Assembly (NCBI RefSeq): GCF_018977255.1
Contig: NW_024704742.1
Coordinates: forward strand, 54,872,001-54,936,000
Direction: 5' to 3'
DNA from: Callorhinchus milii
Lineage: Eukaryota
Length of the DNA stretch: 64,000 nucleotides
How positions within the stretch are numbered: position 1 is the stretch's first letter; each line of letters begins with the position of its first letter. Positions 60,801 through 64,000 of this stretch are shown here, in pieces. The position numbers were made by a program, and so were the translations under genes. The notes beneath the pieces are model-generated. The model made no database searches, had not been told where the DNA came from, and saw nothing but the letters and a program-made list of their open reading frames with translations.

Positions 60801-61942
60801 CTGTAAAGAGACAAGAACATTTCAATTACCAAAGTCAAAAAACGTATTCATAATTATTATGATAGCAATAATCCTTGCATTTGATATTGCGTTTTATCAA
60901 GTTATCTCAAAGCACTTCACAGGATATACATAATAAAGTTACGTTTAATTTGTATGCGTTATGTTCGTTAACATTCAGATGTAAACAATGTCAGGATATA
61001 GAGACATGGAATGAAGAGAAATGCATTTAGTTTTCCATATATCCATATATTAGGTTCTTGACTAGCACCATAATGGGAGACCCCAGGCCTATTTTCACAT
61101 GTTGTAATAACTATTGCTTGTTTGAGCAGTAATCGCAGAGAGCTCAGGACAGGTTTTCTATCTGTCTCTCCTCCACCCCCACCACATCCCCAATTATTTC
61201 CCTTACGTGCTACCCAGATAAGCAAGTGGAGAACCACGGGATAGGCTGACTGACTCAGTTGGTAGCAGTTTCTCCACTGGGTTAGGAGGCCGTGAGTGTG
61301 GGTTCAAGACTACATCTGGACTTGAGACTCATAACCTAGGCTAGCACTACTTTAACAAGATGTTAAACTGAGGTCCGATCTGCATGCTCAGGTGAATGTT
61401 AAAGATCCCAAGACAACATTTGAAAAGAGGAGTTTCTCCCGATGTATTGGCCAACAAATTAAACAATTCTCATTTCATTTTTTAATAAGACTAGAGTGCC
61501 AGCACCCTAGACTATAAAATAGTCTGTTCCCTTCACTCAATCATTACAGCATTTGGGACTTTGTGAGCAGAAATCTATACCCAAAAACCTGCTTATGTTG
61601 CAATGAACAGTGTTACCCATGCATTTGAATGTGTGGAAGCTGTTCTTTTTAAACCAATACTGTGGAAAAATAGCTTCCAAATTAATAGTAATAATAATCT
61701 TTGCATTTGAGATGCAAATCTTTACGCCTTATTATGTCTTCGAGACTTCTCAAAGCGTTTTACAGAATATACTGTAAAGTGAATTCACTGTACATTTTGT
61801 GGGTAAAACTGAATTAATAAGAATTTTTCACAATGCTGTGTGGTCTTAAATTTTAAGATAAAATGGTCAGAGGCTAAAGCTGAGTGGAATTTCAGTCTTT
61901 AATTTCTAAGAACATGGTGTGTAATTTACACTAGTTACCAAC

Positions 61943-62104
61943 CTATGAAATGAAAGCCACTTGACTCCTTCACACAACACTACACCAGATGTCATAAGGA
62001 GTTCTGCAAAATACATGGTTTCAATGCCTTCTTCTTCATGCTTCTTAAACTGGATCCCTGAAGTTGTAAGCAACTCTATAGAGTCTTGAGCATACATATC
62101 TTCT
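61943..62104 (-). CDS. CNOT7: CNOT7 (CAF1a, DEDD deadenylase of CCR4-NOT) coding exon, 162 nt
   Basis: Minus strand ttctAG|A GAA GAT ATG...TTT CAT AG|GTtggt; EDMYAQDSIELLTTSGIQFKKHEEEGIETMYFAELLMTSGVVLCEGVKWLSFH(S). Upstream exons lie beyond the window. Confidence 0.97.
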
Positions 62105-62367
62105 CTAGAAAGACAGCGAAAATGCAGACCATTAATCATAGATATCAAAACTTAATCATTTCCCCTACAAACTTACCTGCTGTAATATAATCTGTTCAAG
62201 AACTGCCTCAAGTAAAGCACATTTAAGAACATACCATAGATACACATTTGGTTATGAAATACTTTTCACCATCCCAAGTTTTGAGTGACTCACTTGATTG
62301 TCCCAAGGATAATTTAGGGTTCTCACCTGTCAAATTTGGTGTGGATGAAACACTTTTAATTTTTATA

Positions 62368-63027
62368 CTGGCTGTACCCGTTGCAGCTACGCTTCAACCA
62401 AAGGATCCAATATGGAATGTAGATTGACACACAGACATTTCATCTTTATCTACACTCATCTGAGAGGACTCGTGTGGGAGGACTAATTTTGGCTATGCTG
62501 TTCTTTGAGTGGGCAACTAATTTTGGCGCACTGTTGCAGTCCTTTCAGCATTGAAATACAACCGCACTGTTCTTTGTTCTTCAATTTCATTTAATGAGCC
62601 TTCTCTCTTTTGTCGAGCAGTTTTACTTATCCTTGAAAGGTTTGATTTTCACTTAGGCATCTTTATAATAATAAATATTGCATAATTTGTAATCACTGGG
62701 ATGTCCTCCTGAAGTGAAAGGCACTTTAAATATGTAATTGTGTTGTTGTCACCATGGCTTAGCTTCGTCTGTGTTCTTTATTTTGTTCCCACCTCCGCTT
62801 GGCTACTTGCGTGCTCTGGGACACACTTGGCGGCCACCAAGTTAAAGTGAAATACAATCTAGGTCATAACTCATGAACGATAGGAGATACCCGAAAACAA
62901 ATATGCCTATGTCACTCCCGGATGCAAGACCTTTCTGATGAGGTATAAATCACATCTCTATGTCAATCAGGTATTGAGATCCTTCTTGAAGCGCACACAG
63001 ATATTGTCGTTTTATTAGTGTAAAAGA
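62368..63027 (-). mobile_element. Non-autonomous Helitron (660 bp)
   Basis: Minus strand: A|TCTTTTACACTAATAAAA...GTTGAAGCgtaGCTGCAAC (hairpin) GGGTACAGCCAG|T; 5' TC, subterminal hairpin, CTAG-like end, A|T target, no TSD. Confidence 0.7.
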
Positions 63028-63221
63028 TAAGATAGATAAGCAAACATGCATATATCCACCACTCTAACTTTTTTTTATTTCTGTATATCTTCATAATATA
63101 TGAAAGACAAGGGTAAAGAGAGTGATGCTGGTCCAAGTACTCCCCAACTATGTTAAATATAAACTATTACTCCATTTATTACTGTTTGCCAAATGTCCTC
63201 TTTGGTCAAGAATAGTTGCAC

Positions 63222-64000
63222 CCATTCTATCAAGCTACCGGCCCATCTCCAACCTCCCCTTTCTCTCCAAGGTCTTGGAAAGAGTTGTCGCCTCCCAACT
63301 GCGCTCTTTCCTTTCCACCCATTCACTTTTCGAACCCCTTCAGTCAGGTTTCCGTGCTGCCCATAGCACAGAAACTGCCCTGGTCAAGGTCACCAATGAT
63401 ATCCTGACCATCTGTGACCAGGGCTCCCTCTGTCTCCTCGTCCTCCTCGACCTATCGGCAGCATTCGATACGGTCGACCACGCTATCCTACTCCACCGCT
63501 TGTCCTCCCACCTCAACCTTCAAGGCACTGTCCTTGAATGGTTTAGGTCGTACCTTTCTCACCGTCTTCACTTTGTCTCGACGAATGGCTTCTCCTCCAC
63601 CCCCCGTACTGTCTCATGTGGTGTCCCTCAGGGCTCTGTCCTCGGTCCCCTCCTCTTCACCCTCTATATGCTCCCCCTTGGTGACATCATCCGCAGACAT
63701 GGAGTTAACTTCCACATGTATGCGGATGACACCCAACTCTACCTTTCCTCCTCTACTCTCAACTCCACGACCACCGATGTCCTGACAGCTGCCTGTCCGA
63801 CATCGAGTCCTGGACGAGAGACAACTTTCTTCAGCTCAACGTGCGAAAAACCGAGGCCCTCCTGATTGGCTCACGTCAGCGCCTCCGCACCTCAGGCGCT
63901 GACACCATCAGCATCCAAGGCTGCACTCTCCACCTCTCAAAGCCAGTCAGGAACCTCGGCGTTTTGTTCGACCCTGAGCTGTCCTTTCTCCCTCACATCC
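63222..64000 (+). mobile_element. L2-clade LINE RT region (runs off window end)
   Basis: [16 protein letters not shown]...[14 protein letters not shown]...[13 protein letters not shown]...YADDTQLY (YADD at 63719-63730); frameshift after VLTA; 5'-truncated. Confidence 0.95.

Noticed and set aside
62930..62970. Hammerhead-like CTGATGAG core (also at ~57145)
   Set aside because: No correctly placed GAAA or supporting stems; the 57145 instance is one arm of a simple hairpin.
1..64000. CRISPR arrays, operons or other prokaryotic systems; intronic snoRNA/miRNA genes
   Set aside because: Sequence is clearly spliced vertebrate DNA with no regularly spaced repeat-spacer array; no C/D or H/ACA RNA could be supported by eye, and an Infernal/Rfam scan would be needed to exclude them.

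Overview
AT-rich, repeat-dense vertebrate genomic DNA. The repeat content (Deu-domain tRNA SINEs, L2, CR1) suggests a cartilaginous fish, possibly a holocephalan; this is an inference. Two convergent spliced genes are present. On +, palmitoyltransferase ZDHHC2 coding exons 2-12 span 16507-36586; exon 1 was not found and is presumably upstream, and a probable non-coding last exon starts at 43458. On -, deadenylase CNOT7 (CAF1a) contributes its last four coding exons (62104-53859) and a ~2.1 kb 3'UTR ending near 51725. All exons were read by hand, have GT-AG boundaries and join in frame; exon numbering follows the human genes from memory. The remainder is mostly mobile DNA: several SINE generations sharing a 3' tail with L2 LINEs, 5'-truncated L2 and CR1 copies, a solo LTR nested in a SINE, a non-autonomous Helitron, a hAT-type MITE, and an unclassified repeat family with a conserved hairpin. 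Nearly all ORF-track entries are spurious or repeat-derived. I found no convincing new biological system. The best leads are the unclassified structured repeat, the Helitron, the LTR and possible alternative ZDHHC2 C-termini. Repeat boundaries are approximate unless a TSD or terminus is quoted.
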